Numbered from the stretch's first letter, positions 1 to 7,782 are shown. The stretch is 53,852 bases of DNA from a virus (IMGVR_UViG_3300005764_000022:1-53852), one strand, 5' to 3'. The notes: generated by a model not told the origin, from the sequence alone. Program-made: numbers and translations.

Positions 1-7
1 CCCGACC

Positions 8-181
8 ATGATCGTGTCCCTGCTGATCTGGCTGATCGTGTTCATCGTGCTGGTTTACGTCGTGTGGTGGGTCTGCGAGAAGTTCCAGGCGCCGCGGCCG
101 GTGTTCTGGCTGGTGGGCCTGGTGCTGTTACTCGTGGTGCTTTACAAGATCGCGGACATCTCCGGCATCCGGCTTCCATGA
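8..181 (+). CDS. Small two-TM membrane protein, 57 aa (possible holin); absent from ORF track
   Basis: Own translation MIVSLLIWLIVFIVLVYVVWWVCEKFQAPRPVFWLVGLVLLLVVLYKIADISGIRLP; two hydrophobic helices; ATGA overlap with the next gene. Confidence 0.7.
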   Translation: MIVSLLIWLIVFIVLVYVVWWVCEKFQAPRPVFWLVGLVLLLVVLYKIADISGIRLP

Positions 182-390
182 CCGCTCAATTCCTGTCGAA
201 CAAAGGGAAGCTGTACCGTTTCACCGTGGGGATCTACCAGCGCCAGGACGGAACGCATGGGCCGCCGACCATGCTCGACTTCGCGCGCCGCGGCGCTTGC
301 GGGGGCCTGTTTACCTACAAGCTCGAATACTCGCACGTCGACGACGGCACCGTAATATACCGGGTGCTCGAGGAAACAAAATCTGTGTAA
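178..390 (+). CDS. Hypothetical protein (MTAQFLSNKG...)
   Basis: Start moved from 64 to the ATG at 178, coupled by ATGA to the upstream gene. Confidence 0.6.
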   Translation: MTAQFLSNKGKLYRFTVGIYQRQDGTHGPPTMLDFARRGACGGLFTYKLEYSHVDDGTVIYRVLEETKSV

Positions 391-941
391 AATAGAGTCG
401 CATCTGATTTTTTTTCCTTTCGTGCCCCTTGAGAGTCACTTCCCGAGGGGCTTTTTCCTTTTCGTGCTGCAAGATTCTGCGTCTGAGTGCTCTGCGGGCG
501 CGAACCACTCGCGACTTGAACGCGCCCACGGTAAGACCGCAGCGGCTCGCGCCATCGTGACAGGATAAGCCATCGGCGATTGCGGCCAGCACGGAACGCC
601 ATACCCTCGGGACCTTCGCGATTTCGCGCCGGACCTTCCCAAGCAGATCGGCTTGGATTAAGTCGCGCTCCGGATTGTCCGGCGCCGCTGTGTCAAAGTA
701 GTCGAACATCTGATCTTGGCGGTGGCGGCGGTATACCAGCCGGGCATTGGTTGGTCAGAATGGTATGCACCCAGGACTCAAACGAGCCCGTACCGGCAAA
801 CTGATCCATCCGTGCAAATGCAAGCAGCAGGGCTTCCTGAACGCAATCCTCGGCGTCGTCGTGGTTCTTGAGCATCGCGCGCGCGTGCCTCAGAAGCGCG
901 GGGCGGCCGACGGTTGCGAGATGTAGGTATCCCGGCTGCAC
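311..941 (-). pseudogene. ECF (sigma70 group 4) sigma factor split by a 1-bp frameshift near 742-744
   Basis: 693-941 has region 2 (DAEDCVQEALLLAF...SFESWVHTILTNQC); 311-709 has region 4 HTH (GLSCHDGASRCGLTVGAFKSRVVRARRALRR); deleting one base joins them. Confidence 0.8.
424..462 (+). terminator. Intrinsic terminator
   Basis: GCCCCT...AGGGGC stem followed by TTTTTCCTTTT after the gene ending at 390. Confidence 0.55.
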
Positions 942-1355
942 TTATGCCCAGTGAAGCTCGACCAGGTCGGACGTGATCGGATCCGCTTCGAGCTTCGTCG
1001 CATTCGGCGCGTCGCCCGGGGCCGGCTGAGTCTTTCGGTCGAACAGCCAGCCGCACCACTCCGAGAAGCTGCGCGACGTGCCATCGGGCTTGGTGGTCTT
1101 GCCTTCGGCCAGCCACATGCGCTCACTCTTCGAGAGGTACTGGACCGGGATAAAAAGGGAATAGTTGAGCCCGTCGACGATGCGGGCCGGGTTTGGGTTT
1201 AGGTCAGTCTTAATCTGTTTCCCGAGCGCCAGCGCTTCGGGAATCTTCGAGAAGAACTTCCAAAGGTTTTTCGTGACCGGCTCCCAATGTTCCACGAGCT
1301 CGCCGTTTTCGGTGAGCTCCGTGACCTGGAGCAAGGCATTCGGTTGTGTGAGCAT
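942..1355 (-). CDS. Hypothetical protein upstream of the sigma factor
   Basis: GGAGGT RBS before the ATG; its TAA abuts the GTG of the sigma ORF. Confidence 0.7.
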   Translation of the reverse strand: MLTQPNALLQVTELTENGELVEHWEPVTKNLWKFFSKIPEALALGKQIKTDLNPNPARIVDGLNYSLFIPVQYLSKSERMWLAEGKTTKPDGTSRSFSEWCGWLFDRKTQPAPGDAPNATKLEADPITSDLVELHWA

Positions 1356-1613
1356 GAAGCGACCTCCAAAGGGATTGCCGCTTCGACACTAGGCAGAATA
1401 ACGGATTTACGCTAATATCGAAAGTGCCGCGCGCGGTGTTCCACACACTGCCAGGCAGAGGGTACACTCAGAGCCACCCTAACCCCCAAACCGCTCTGAT
1501 CCTGCGAATCCGGTCAAAAACGCCGCTCCCGTCCTTAGCTAAGCCGCTTTGATGACGTGCGCGGTTGTGGGGGCGCTTCGGACCGCTATCCCCCGGAGCC
1601 CCCCGTTCTACTT

Positions 1614-1648
1614 CTACGAAAGATTCGCAAGTGTGGTATACTGACCGA
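1614..1648 (+). promoter_or_regulatory. Extended -10 promoter (TGG-TATACT) for a probably leaderless mRNA, overlapped by a CGAA-N3-TTCG operator-like site
   Basis: TATACT at 1637-1642 preceded by TG; ATG at 1649 without SD; TACGAAAGATTCGCAA at 1615-1630. Confidence 0.55.
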
Positions 1649-1999
1649 ATGAAAACAAATCAGACTGTAAAGGCCAAGACTGCGGCGCCCGAACCCAAAC
1701 AATCCGGCCGTCAGCCTATATGGATGGATTGCCCGGGCTGCGGCCAGACCTTCAAGAAAATCGAGCTGCGCAAGCACGAGCCCGACTGCCGGCGCAAGCA
1801 CTTCCTGGTGCCCGGCGCCCAATTCACGATCTACGATTCGAACGAGAAGAAAATCCCCGTCACGGTGCTCCAGCACTTTAAGAAATCCGACCGGACTCTC
1901 GTGCGCTCGAACCTCACCGGCATCGAGCTCATTGTGATTTCGCCGCGGCGATTTCACGAGTGGATGGAGCACGCGACCGAAGCCAGCCTCCGGAAATAG
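1649..1999 (+). CDS. Hypothetical protein with C2HC-type Zn finger
   Basis: CPGC...HEPDC motif; start at MKTNQ. Confidence 0.7.
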   Translation: MKTNQTVKAKTAAPEPKQSGRQPIWMDCPGCGQTFKKIELRKHEPDCRRKHFLVPGAQFTIYDSNEKKIPVTVLQHFKKSDRTLVRSNLTGIELIVISPRRFHEWMEHATEASLRK

Positions 2000-2000
2000 G

Positions 2001-2124
2001 GGGCTGGTTCCTTAGTATGCAGGTGGCTCCTTAGTACGCGGGCGCTCCTCGCGGGCGCCGCGCACACCCGCCCAGGCGCAGACGCGCTCCTCCCAATTGG
2101 CAGGGGTGGTTACTTAGTACGCGC
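2001..2124 (+). repeat. Three copies of dispersed box (CAGG)GGTGGYTMCTTAGTACGC
   Basis: Copies at 2001-2020, 2020-2040, 2101-2124; related copies at 4641 and 4744. Confidence 0.8.
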
Positions 2125-2260
2125 GTCCCTATGCGCTCCTCGCGGGCCCGTTTCCCCTCACAGACCTCCCTTCCATAGAGACCAGGCGCGCCCCAGGCGT
2201 GAGCCGTGAGCCGCGCTCGATCAGCCTTCGCCAGCACCTTCGCCAGCGGCGCTCCGCTGA

Positions 2261-2289
2261 TTGCGAATAATTCGCAGTGGCGGTAAACT
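2261..2289 (+). promoter_or_regulatory. Sigma70-type promoter with overlapping palindromic operator
   Basis: TTGCGA-17 bp-TAAACT; inverted repeat TGCGAA-TAA-TTCGCA over the -35. Confidence 0.65.
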
Positions 2290-2345
2290 GGAATTGTTCG
2301 AAAAATTCAAAACTCCCCATGGGGAGATGTACGGAAAGGGAAACA

Positions 2346-2888
2346 ATGAAAACGCAAGAAAGTATACAGAAACAATTGGCGCAAGCGGCGCTGACTGCAA
2401 TCAAGGGTATCCATGTCATGGGTATCGCCGGAGTGCTGCGCAGCTCCACGGAGACGCTGTACGAGCTCTCCGCGGGAATGAATGTGGTTAGAACGGAGTG
2501 GGAAGCGAAGCACCCGGTAGTGCGGCTGATGGTGTCGAGACTCGCGCAGCTTGCCTGGGATGGTGGCGGCGCCGAACTGTCGGACATGGACGATAAGGCG
2601 CTGGCATTCCTGGATCTGGACGCCAGAGCGCTTTCCGATTGCGGGAGCCTTGCCAAGACCGGCGCGGTAGAGCACAGCCACGACGTGGATTGCACTGTTG
2701 GCGCTGATGGCTCGTGCCTCTACTGTGGCGTGGCGCACGGCGATCCATGTGAGGAATGCCACGGACGCGGATTCCACAATCCCAGCTGCGGGTATTACGA
2801 GCCCACGATGGATGATCCGTGTGCTGACTGTGGGGCGCTGCCGGGTGGCAAGCACTCCAAGACGTGTTTTTTGGCAGGGAAGAAATAA
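2346..2888 (+). CDS. Hypothetical protein with Cys/His-rich C-terminus
   Basis: GAAAGGGA RBS; CLYC, CEEC, CADC motifs with nearby His. Confidence 0.75.
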   Translation: MKTQESIQKQLAQAALTAIKGIHVMGIAGVLRSSTETLYELSAGMNVVRTEWEAKHPVVRLMVSRLAQLAWDGGGAELSDMDDKALAFLDLDARALSDCGSLAKTGAVEHSHDVDCTVGADGSCLYCGVAHGDPCEECHGRGFHNPSCGYYEPTMDDPCADCGALPGGKHSKTCFLAGKK

Positions 2889-2928
2889 GCGGGCTTAGAA
2901 CCGCAACAGAACGAAAGGAAAAAACAAG

Positions 2929-3231
2929 ATGCTTACGAAGAAAGATTTCATTGCCATTGCAGATGCACTCCGGGCCAAGAGCCCGGACGTGCGCTTTGGG
3001 ACTAAGACCAATGCCGATTTTAGACTCGGCGCTTACGGTCAGCACAATGCGCTGATCGCAGCGGTCGCTGATGGGCTGCGCTCCACGAATCCGCAGTTCG
3101 ACCGGGCTTACTTCATCCACTACGCCACGTACGGGCCAAGTGCAGCGAAGCCCAGGGCTCAGAAGCCCAAGGCGAAGTCCTACACCACCGCGCTCTATGA
3201 ACTCCACAAGGCTGCAAGGGGAGGCAAGTAA
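2929..3231 (+). CDS. Hypothetical phage protein
   Basis: GAAAGGAAAA RBS; coupled to the next gene by TAATG. Confidence 0.75.
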   Translation: MLTKKDFIAIADALRAKSPDVRFGTKTNADFRLGAYGQHNALIAAVADGLRSTNPQFDRAYFIHYATYGPSAAKPRAQKPKAKSYTTALYELHKAARGGK

Positions 3232-3692
3232 TGTACTCCCACAAACTGGAAACCGCGCTCTATGGGCGCGATGTGCTCGTGACCGTCGGACGTGAGCGCC
3301 GGAAGGGGAAACTGTACCGGATTCTCCAGAACCAAAATGGAGCGCCGGTGTTCGAGGTGGATTTCGGCCACGGGCCGCAGCGCCTCTCCTCACGCGAGAA
3401 ATGCGTTCCCGCTCCTAAAGCGCGACACCTCACCTACGAGGAATGCCTCAATCGGTATCCGCGCATCTGCCGTCTCGTGGCTGATGTGCTCATCGGGTCG
3501 CCGCATGAGGCCGCCTGTTGCCTACGGGACTATCGTGACGGCAACGACTACGGCTCTGAAGCGGTGTCGCATTCGGGGCTGACGCCGTTTGACCGTGTCT
3601 ACGCAGCCATCAACCGCTGGCGTGAGCACCGCTTTGAGTTTCCGGAGTCGTACAAGCGCCTCGTGGGTCGAAAGGTGGCCGCCGATGCTTAA
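3231..3692 (+). CDS. Hypothetical protein
   Basis: GGAGG RBS, translationally coupled. Confidence 0.7.
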   Translation: MYSHKLETALYGRDVLVTVGRERRKGKLYRILQNQNGAPVFEVDFGHGPQRLSSREKCVPAPKARHLTYEECLNRYPRICRLVADVLIGSPHEAACCLRDYRDGNDYGSEAVSHSGLTPFDRVYAAINRWREHRFEFPESYKRLVGRKVAADA

Positions 3693-3882
3693 TCCCTACA
3701 AGTACGAAGTACAGGCTGATTCAAGCGGCAAGTGGTCTGGCAATGGGCTGCGGTTTGAAACCGCGGCCCACGCCGCTCTTGCAGCCAGGGCGCTTGCGGA
3801 GCGGTGGTATTCCGTTACCGCATGGCGCGTGGTGAAGGTGGACGTTGAGCCGCCGCTGGTCATGGAACAGGAGGGCGTATGA
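3685..3882 (+). CDS. Small hypothetical phage protein (MLNPYKYEVQAD...)
   Basis: Overlaps both neighbours; WSGNGLRFET...WYSVTAWRVV reads as real protein. Confidence 0.7.
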   Translation: MLNPYKYEVQADSSGKWSGNGLRFETAAHAALAARALAERWYSVTAWRVVKVDVEPPLVMEQEGV

Positions 3883-4427
3883 AAAGCAAACGTCTCTATG
3901 TCGCAGCGCCAATCGGTGGCGACGCTTACGAAGTGATCCGCACATCGGAACCAACGGAGTTGTTCTGGGGCAATAGATACGCTCTGCTGATTGGCCCGTT
4001 CCGCACTCGCGCTGGTGCTGACTTCATGGCGCAGTATGGCCGGAACAATCCGCACTGCCAGACGGTGGCGCAAGCGGAGCGCCTCGCGCTTGGAGTTCAT
4101 TTATCGCATGAGGTTGCGAGGGAATTGCACTACCTCGATCCGCAAGACGACGGGCTCTGGGTTCGCGTGTACCAGGTGGCGCTCGAAAATAAGCCATCCG
4201 AAGAGTGGTGGTGGGCATCTCTGGCTGATATAGCGCGCTCGTGTGACCGCACCGTGGCTGAATTGAAGGCGGACGCCCAGGGCGATCCCATGAGCCGCGC
4301 TCGAGTGTATGAAGATATCGCCGATTACATGGGATGGTGCGAATTGGCCGGGGACAGCTATGAGCGCATGAGGGAGGCCGATGCGCGAGTGATGTATCGG
4401 CCGGAAATGGAGCACCTGAAGTCATGA
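3879..4427 (+). CDS. Hypothetical protein
   Basis: GGAGG RBS, ATGA coupling. Confidence 0.7.
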   Translation: MKSKRLYVAAPIGGDAYEVIRTSEPTELFWGNRYALLIGPFRTRAGADFMAQYGRNNPHCQTVAQAERLALGVHLSHEVARELHYLDPQDDGLWVRVYQVALENKPSEEWWWASLADIARSCDRTVAELKADAQGDPMSRARVYEDIADYMGWCELAGDSYERMREADARVMYRPEMEHLKS

Positions 4428-4546
4428 GTGAATCGAAGCCGGCTCAGCCGACGCCTGGTGGTTTCTGTTGCGGACTGCTGATGCTGCCGATCGCGCTGGC
4501 CCTCTTGGTGGCCGCGTTCGCGCTGTTCTACATGGTGCTTCACTAA
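4424..4546 (+). CDS. 40-aa single-TM peptide; absent from ORF track
   Basis: MSESKPAQPTPGGFCCGLLMLPIALALLVAAFALFYMVLH; ATGA-coupled; last gene before a terminator. Confidence 0.55.
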   Translation: MSESKPAQPTPGGFCCGLLMLPIALALLVAAFALFYMVLH

Positions 4547-4596
4547 AAACACTTTTCGTCAGCAGTTGGTTTTTTCCCTTTCTTCAAATTGACGAA

Positions 4597-4637
4597 CGGG
4601 CTGCGTTGCAAAAGTCAGCGCAGCCCGATTTTTTTTT
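4597..4637 (+). terminator. Intrinsic terminator
   Basis: CGGGCTGCG...CGCAGCCCG stem followed by a T9 tract. Confidence 0.85.
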
Positions 4638-4640
4638 GAA

Positions 4641-4765
4641 CAGGGGTGGCTCCTGAGTACGCGCCTTTCATGCGGGAGGGCAGGGCGAATTTTCCCGCGG
4701 CGCTGGTCGAGGAGCTGCGCTGGCGCGCTCCGCTTCGACCAGGCAGGGGTGGTGGGTTAGTACGC
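4641..4765 (+). repeat. Two more copies of the CAGGGGTGG...TNAGTACGC box
   Basis: CAGGGGTGGCTCCTGAGTACGCGC at 4641 and CAGGGGTGGTGGGTTAGTACGC at 4744. Confidence 0.8.
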
Positions 4766-5012
4766 ACGCGCTCATGGGAAAACCTGGGTTTGTGAGCCCC
4801 GCACCGAAAAACCGGAGCGGACTTCCACCGGACGCGGACCACGGGAGCGAGGTGCTCTCCGTTTGTTCGCCATCGGAGGCGCGAAAAAATATTTTTGCCG
4901 TGGTTTCTAGGGCTTGAAAAGTATTTTACAAACCGTACTTGCGAATAGTTCTTACGCCATGGCTAAGTGGGATTGTCCGCGAAACATCGCGAACGAAAGG
5001 AAAAAACAGACA

Positions 5013-5198
5013 GTGCAAAATATCAAGACTCAAGTAAAGGGAAAAATCCTGACGATTACGGTAGACCTGGGCAAACGCTTGGGCCCATCGAAATCAGGAA
5101 AAACCGTATTGATCGCGTCTACATCGGGAAATGTCGCCATAGTCGGCGGTGATGGTGCCGTCATGGGGTTGAACATTTACGTTCCGGCGGGGAACTAA
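5013..5198 (+). CDS. Small putative nucleic-acid-binding protein
   Basis: GAAAGGAAAA RBS then GTG; ILTITVDLGKRLGPSKSGKTVLIASTSGN resembles from memory the repeat unit of trypanosomatid RBP38/Tc38 and bacterial homologues. Confidence 0.7.
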   Translation: MQNIKTQVKGKILTITVDLGKRLGPSKSGKTVLIASTSGNVAIVGGDGAVMGLNIYVPAGN

Positions 5199-5269
5199 CC
5201 ATGGCGCAACCAATCGGCGACGAATCCGTTCAGACAGAAACCGTTCAGACAGAAAAGGGAAAAAAGACA

Positions 5270-5575
5270 ATGCACAAACACACAAAGAAAACCACGGCCG
5301 CAAAATCGGCCAAGAAAACCACGGCCAAGAAAACCACGGCCGCAAAATCGGCGGCGCCTCAGTCTAAGGCGCAAGTGATTCTTGCCATGTTGGCAAAGGG
5401 CGCCACGCGGGTCGAGATCGTAAAGGCGATTGGATGGCAAGACAAGAGTGTAAGGGGATTCGTCTCTACACTCCGACTCAAGGGAGTACAGGTGGTCGAT
5501 ACTTGGACCAAAGATGGCGCCCGACACTGGAAACTGGCAAAGGGCGAATACGCGCGGATCAAGGGGGGCAAGTAG
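5270..5575 (+). CDS. DUF3489-like winged-helix protein with Lys/Ala/Thr-rich N-terminus
   Basis: SKAQVILAML..GATRVEIVKAIGWQDKSVRGFVS fits DUF3489, a family often next to phage ParB-methyltransferases; KKTTAAK repeats. Confidence 0.8.
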   Translation: MHKHTKKTTAAKSAKKTTAKKTTAAKSAAPQSKAQVILAMLAKGATRVEIVKAIGWQDKSVRGFVSTLRLKGVQVVDTWTKDGARHWKLAKGEYARIKGGK

Positions 5576-5611
5576 AACCCCCTTTCACCGATACCAGGGA
5601 AACCCCCCATG

Positions 5612-5646
5612 AACCCCCTACCGCAAAGTAGGGGGTTTTTGTTTTT
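5612..5646 (+). terminator. Intrinsic terminator
   Basis: AACCCCCTAC-CGCAAA-GTAGGGGGTT then T tract. Confidence 0.9.
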
Positions 5647-5768
5647 GCCCCCACTTGCGAATTAATTCGCCTAGGGCGAGTCGCCGGGAGGATTCCCTAG
5701 TCCCCTACTCGGAAAACCGAATCGACGCCCTACGGTTCGTTTCTGAGTCACTGGCAGGGGTTTTATTC

Positions 5769-5980
5769 GGGCGCCGCCGATCCACCTGGGCGCCGCGATC
5801 CACCTGGGCGCCGCGATCCACCTGGGCGGCCGCGATCCACCTGGGCGCCGCGATCCACCTGGCGCGATCCACCTGGGCGCCGCGATCCACCTGGGCGGCC
5901 GCGATCCCACCTGGGCGCCGCGATCCACCTGGGCGCCGCGATCCACCTGGGCGCCGCCGATCCACCTGGGCGCCGCGATC
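5769..5980. repeat. Tandem array of about 18-bp unit GGGCGCCGCGATCCACCT, 11 full copies plus one partial
   Basis: Counted directly; units vary 14-20 bp; no spacers. Confidence 0.95.
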
Positions 5981-6301
5981 TTATAGAGCACAAACAAAGC
6001 ACGCTCATGGAGCGTAAAGAGCGGGCGCTCATGCGCTCGGAAAGCGGCCCGAAGTAAGGAACCACTAACCTTGTGGTAAGCGCGCTTATTTCAACCGAAC
6101 GTTCGTTAGGTTTTGGGTCCTTGGAAGTCGTTGAAAACAACGGCGGGCGCGCCGCCTGCACCGATTCGCTAGAAATAGGCGAATTCGACGCTTGGCTGTA
6201 ACTGTTTGAATACGCTTGGTTTGGCGATTGAGTGCGCTTGGCTCCAGGGGTGACGTGGCGGAAAGTTGCATCAAATCGCTGCAATTTCCCAGGAAGTTCA
6301 T

Positions 6302-6330
6302 TTGACATCTGAGCGGAACTCGCTCACACT
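6302..6330 (+). promoter_or_regulatory. Promoter of the methyltransferase/packaging operon with operator in the spacer
   Basis: TTGACA-17 bp-CACACT; inverted repeat TGAGCG-GAACT-CGCTCA at 6310-6326. Confidence 0.65.
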
Positions 6331-6339
6331 GTGGAAAAA

Positions 6340-7782
6340 ATGCCAGTTCAAGACGTCCCGATGGTCGAGCGGGTTGAAAAGTGGCCCATCGAGCGGCTCA
6401 AACCCTACGCGGCGAACGCGCGGACGCATTCGAAAGAACAGATCGAGCAGATTGCCGCTTCGATCACTCAGTTCGGGTTTATGGCTCCGATCCTCGCGCA
6501 CCGCGACGGGACGATCCTGGCGGGACACGCCCGAAGGTCCGCCGCGATGCTCCTGGGGCTTGCAGAGGTGCCGGTCATACCCTCCGACCATCTGACCGAT
6601 GCGCAGTGCAAGGCTTACATTCTCGCAGATAACAAGCTTGCCTTGAATGCCGGATGGGATGAGGAACTGTTAGCCGCGGAATTGCTCGAGCTCAAAGATT
6701 CGGGCATCGACCTGGCGCTGACCGGATTCAGTGACGAAGAACTCGCCGTGCTTTTGGGCGAAGAGGGCGCGCGCGGCCGCTCGGACGTCGAAGAGGATGA
6801 AACGGCCGAAGCGCCTGAGCAAGCGGTAACGGTATCGGGCGATGTATGGGAAATCGGGCCTCATCGGATCATGTGCGGCGACTCCAGGGGCGAGGACATC
6901 TTCACGCTGATGGACGAGCTGAAGGCGAATGTGATTTTCACCTCGCCGCCTTATGCCGACAAGCGGGAATATGATCCGACCTCGCCGTTTCGACCTGTGC
7001 CGCCCGACAAATACACCGATTGGTTTGAGCCGGTGGCCGCGAACGTCCAGGCGATCCTCGCGCATGAGGGTTCGTACTTTCTCAACCTGAAGGACCATGC
7101 GGAGAGCGGCGAACGGACGCTCTACGTCAAAGACCTGGTTCTCGCGCATAAGCGCGAATGGGGCTGGAATTTTGTCGACGAGTTGTGCTGGGTCAAGACG
7201 GCCGTTCCGGGCGGGTGGGCGAACCGCTTCAAGAACGCATGGGAGCCGGTGTTTCATTTCACGCGCACCGAGAAAATCAAGTTCCGGCCGGACTCGGTTT
7301 CACATGTGAGCGACGGAGCCTTTGACTATGGCATCGACGGCTCGGAGACAAAGCCGGGCCTGGCGCGGCCGTCGAATGTCATCACCTGTCCAGCGGCTTA
7401 CGGCGACAAATCGCCGCACTCGGCTCCCTTTCCGCGCGCGCTGGTTGAGTTTTTTGTGAACGCTTATTCGGATCCGGGCGATATCATTTTCGATCCGTTC
7501 CTCGGGAGCGGCACGGTTGTCGCTGCAGCGCATGTGTGGGGCAGGGTCGGTTACGGCATGGAAATCAGCCCTGCCTACACAGACGTCGCGCTCCTTCGAA
7601 TCCGGAACTTGACAGGCATTGAGTGGATCGTCCACGCGGTTACGGGAAAGACCTTCGAGGAAGTTGCGCGAGAGCGCGGCGTGGACGTGAATCCAGATGC
7701 GAGGCCCAAACAGGCGGACGCGGGCCGAATCACCCACAAGGGAACCGCTCCGAAACCGGCTAGTAAACGGAAAAGCCGCTGA
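6340..7782 (+). CDS. ParB/Srx-domain fused N4-C/N6-A DNA methyltransferase (beta class)
   Basis: LKPYAANARTHS...ILAGHARR...ADNKLALNAGWD (ParB-N); FTSPPY catalytic motif; DPFLGSGT SAM motif; start 6331 or 6340. Confidence 0.92.
   Translation: MPVQDVPMVERVEKWPIERLKPYAANARTHSKEQIEQIAASITQFGFMAPILAHRDGTILAGHARRSAAMLLGLAEVPVIPSDHLTDAQCKAYILADNKLALNAGWDEELLAAELLELKDSGIDLALTGFSDEELAVLLGEEGARGRSDVEEDETAEAPEQAVTVSGDVWEIGPHRIMCGDSRGEDIFTLMDELKANVIFTSPPYADKREYDPTSPFRPVPPDKYTDWFEPVAANVQAILAHEGSYFLNLKDHAESGERTLYVKDLVLAHKREWGWNFVDELCWVKTAVPGGWANRFKNAWEPVFHFTRTEKIKFRPDSVSHVSDGAFDYGIDGSETKPGLARPSNVITCPAAYGDKSPHSAPFPRALVEFFVNAYSDPGDIIFDPFLGSGTVVAAAHVWGRVGYGMEISPAYTDVALLRIRNLTGIEWIVHAVTGKTFEEVARERGVDVNPDARPKQADAGRITHKGTAPKPASKRKSR

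Noticed and set aside
2001-4765. Integron attC sites or mini-CRISPR as explanation of the boxes
   Set aside because: No RYYYAAC/GTTRRRY pair with attC hairpin, irregular spacing, no integron integrase
5769-5980. CRISPR array
   Set aside because: Units abut with no unique spacers, and no cas genes are present
5655-6308. ORFs crossing the 18-bp array (STWAPR, PRWIAA, PGGSRR repeats)
   Set aside because: Unit indels shift frame repeatedly and there is no RBS; they are by-products of a stop-free repeat
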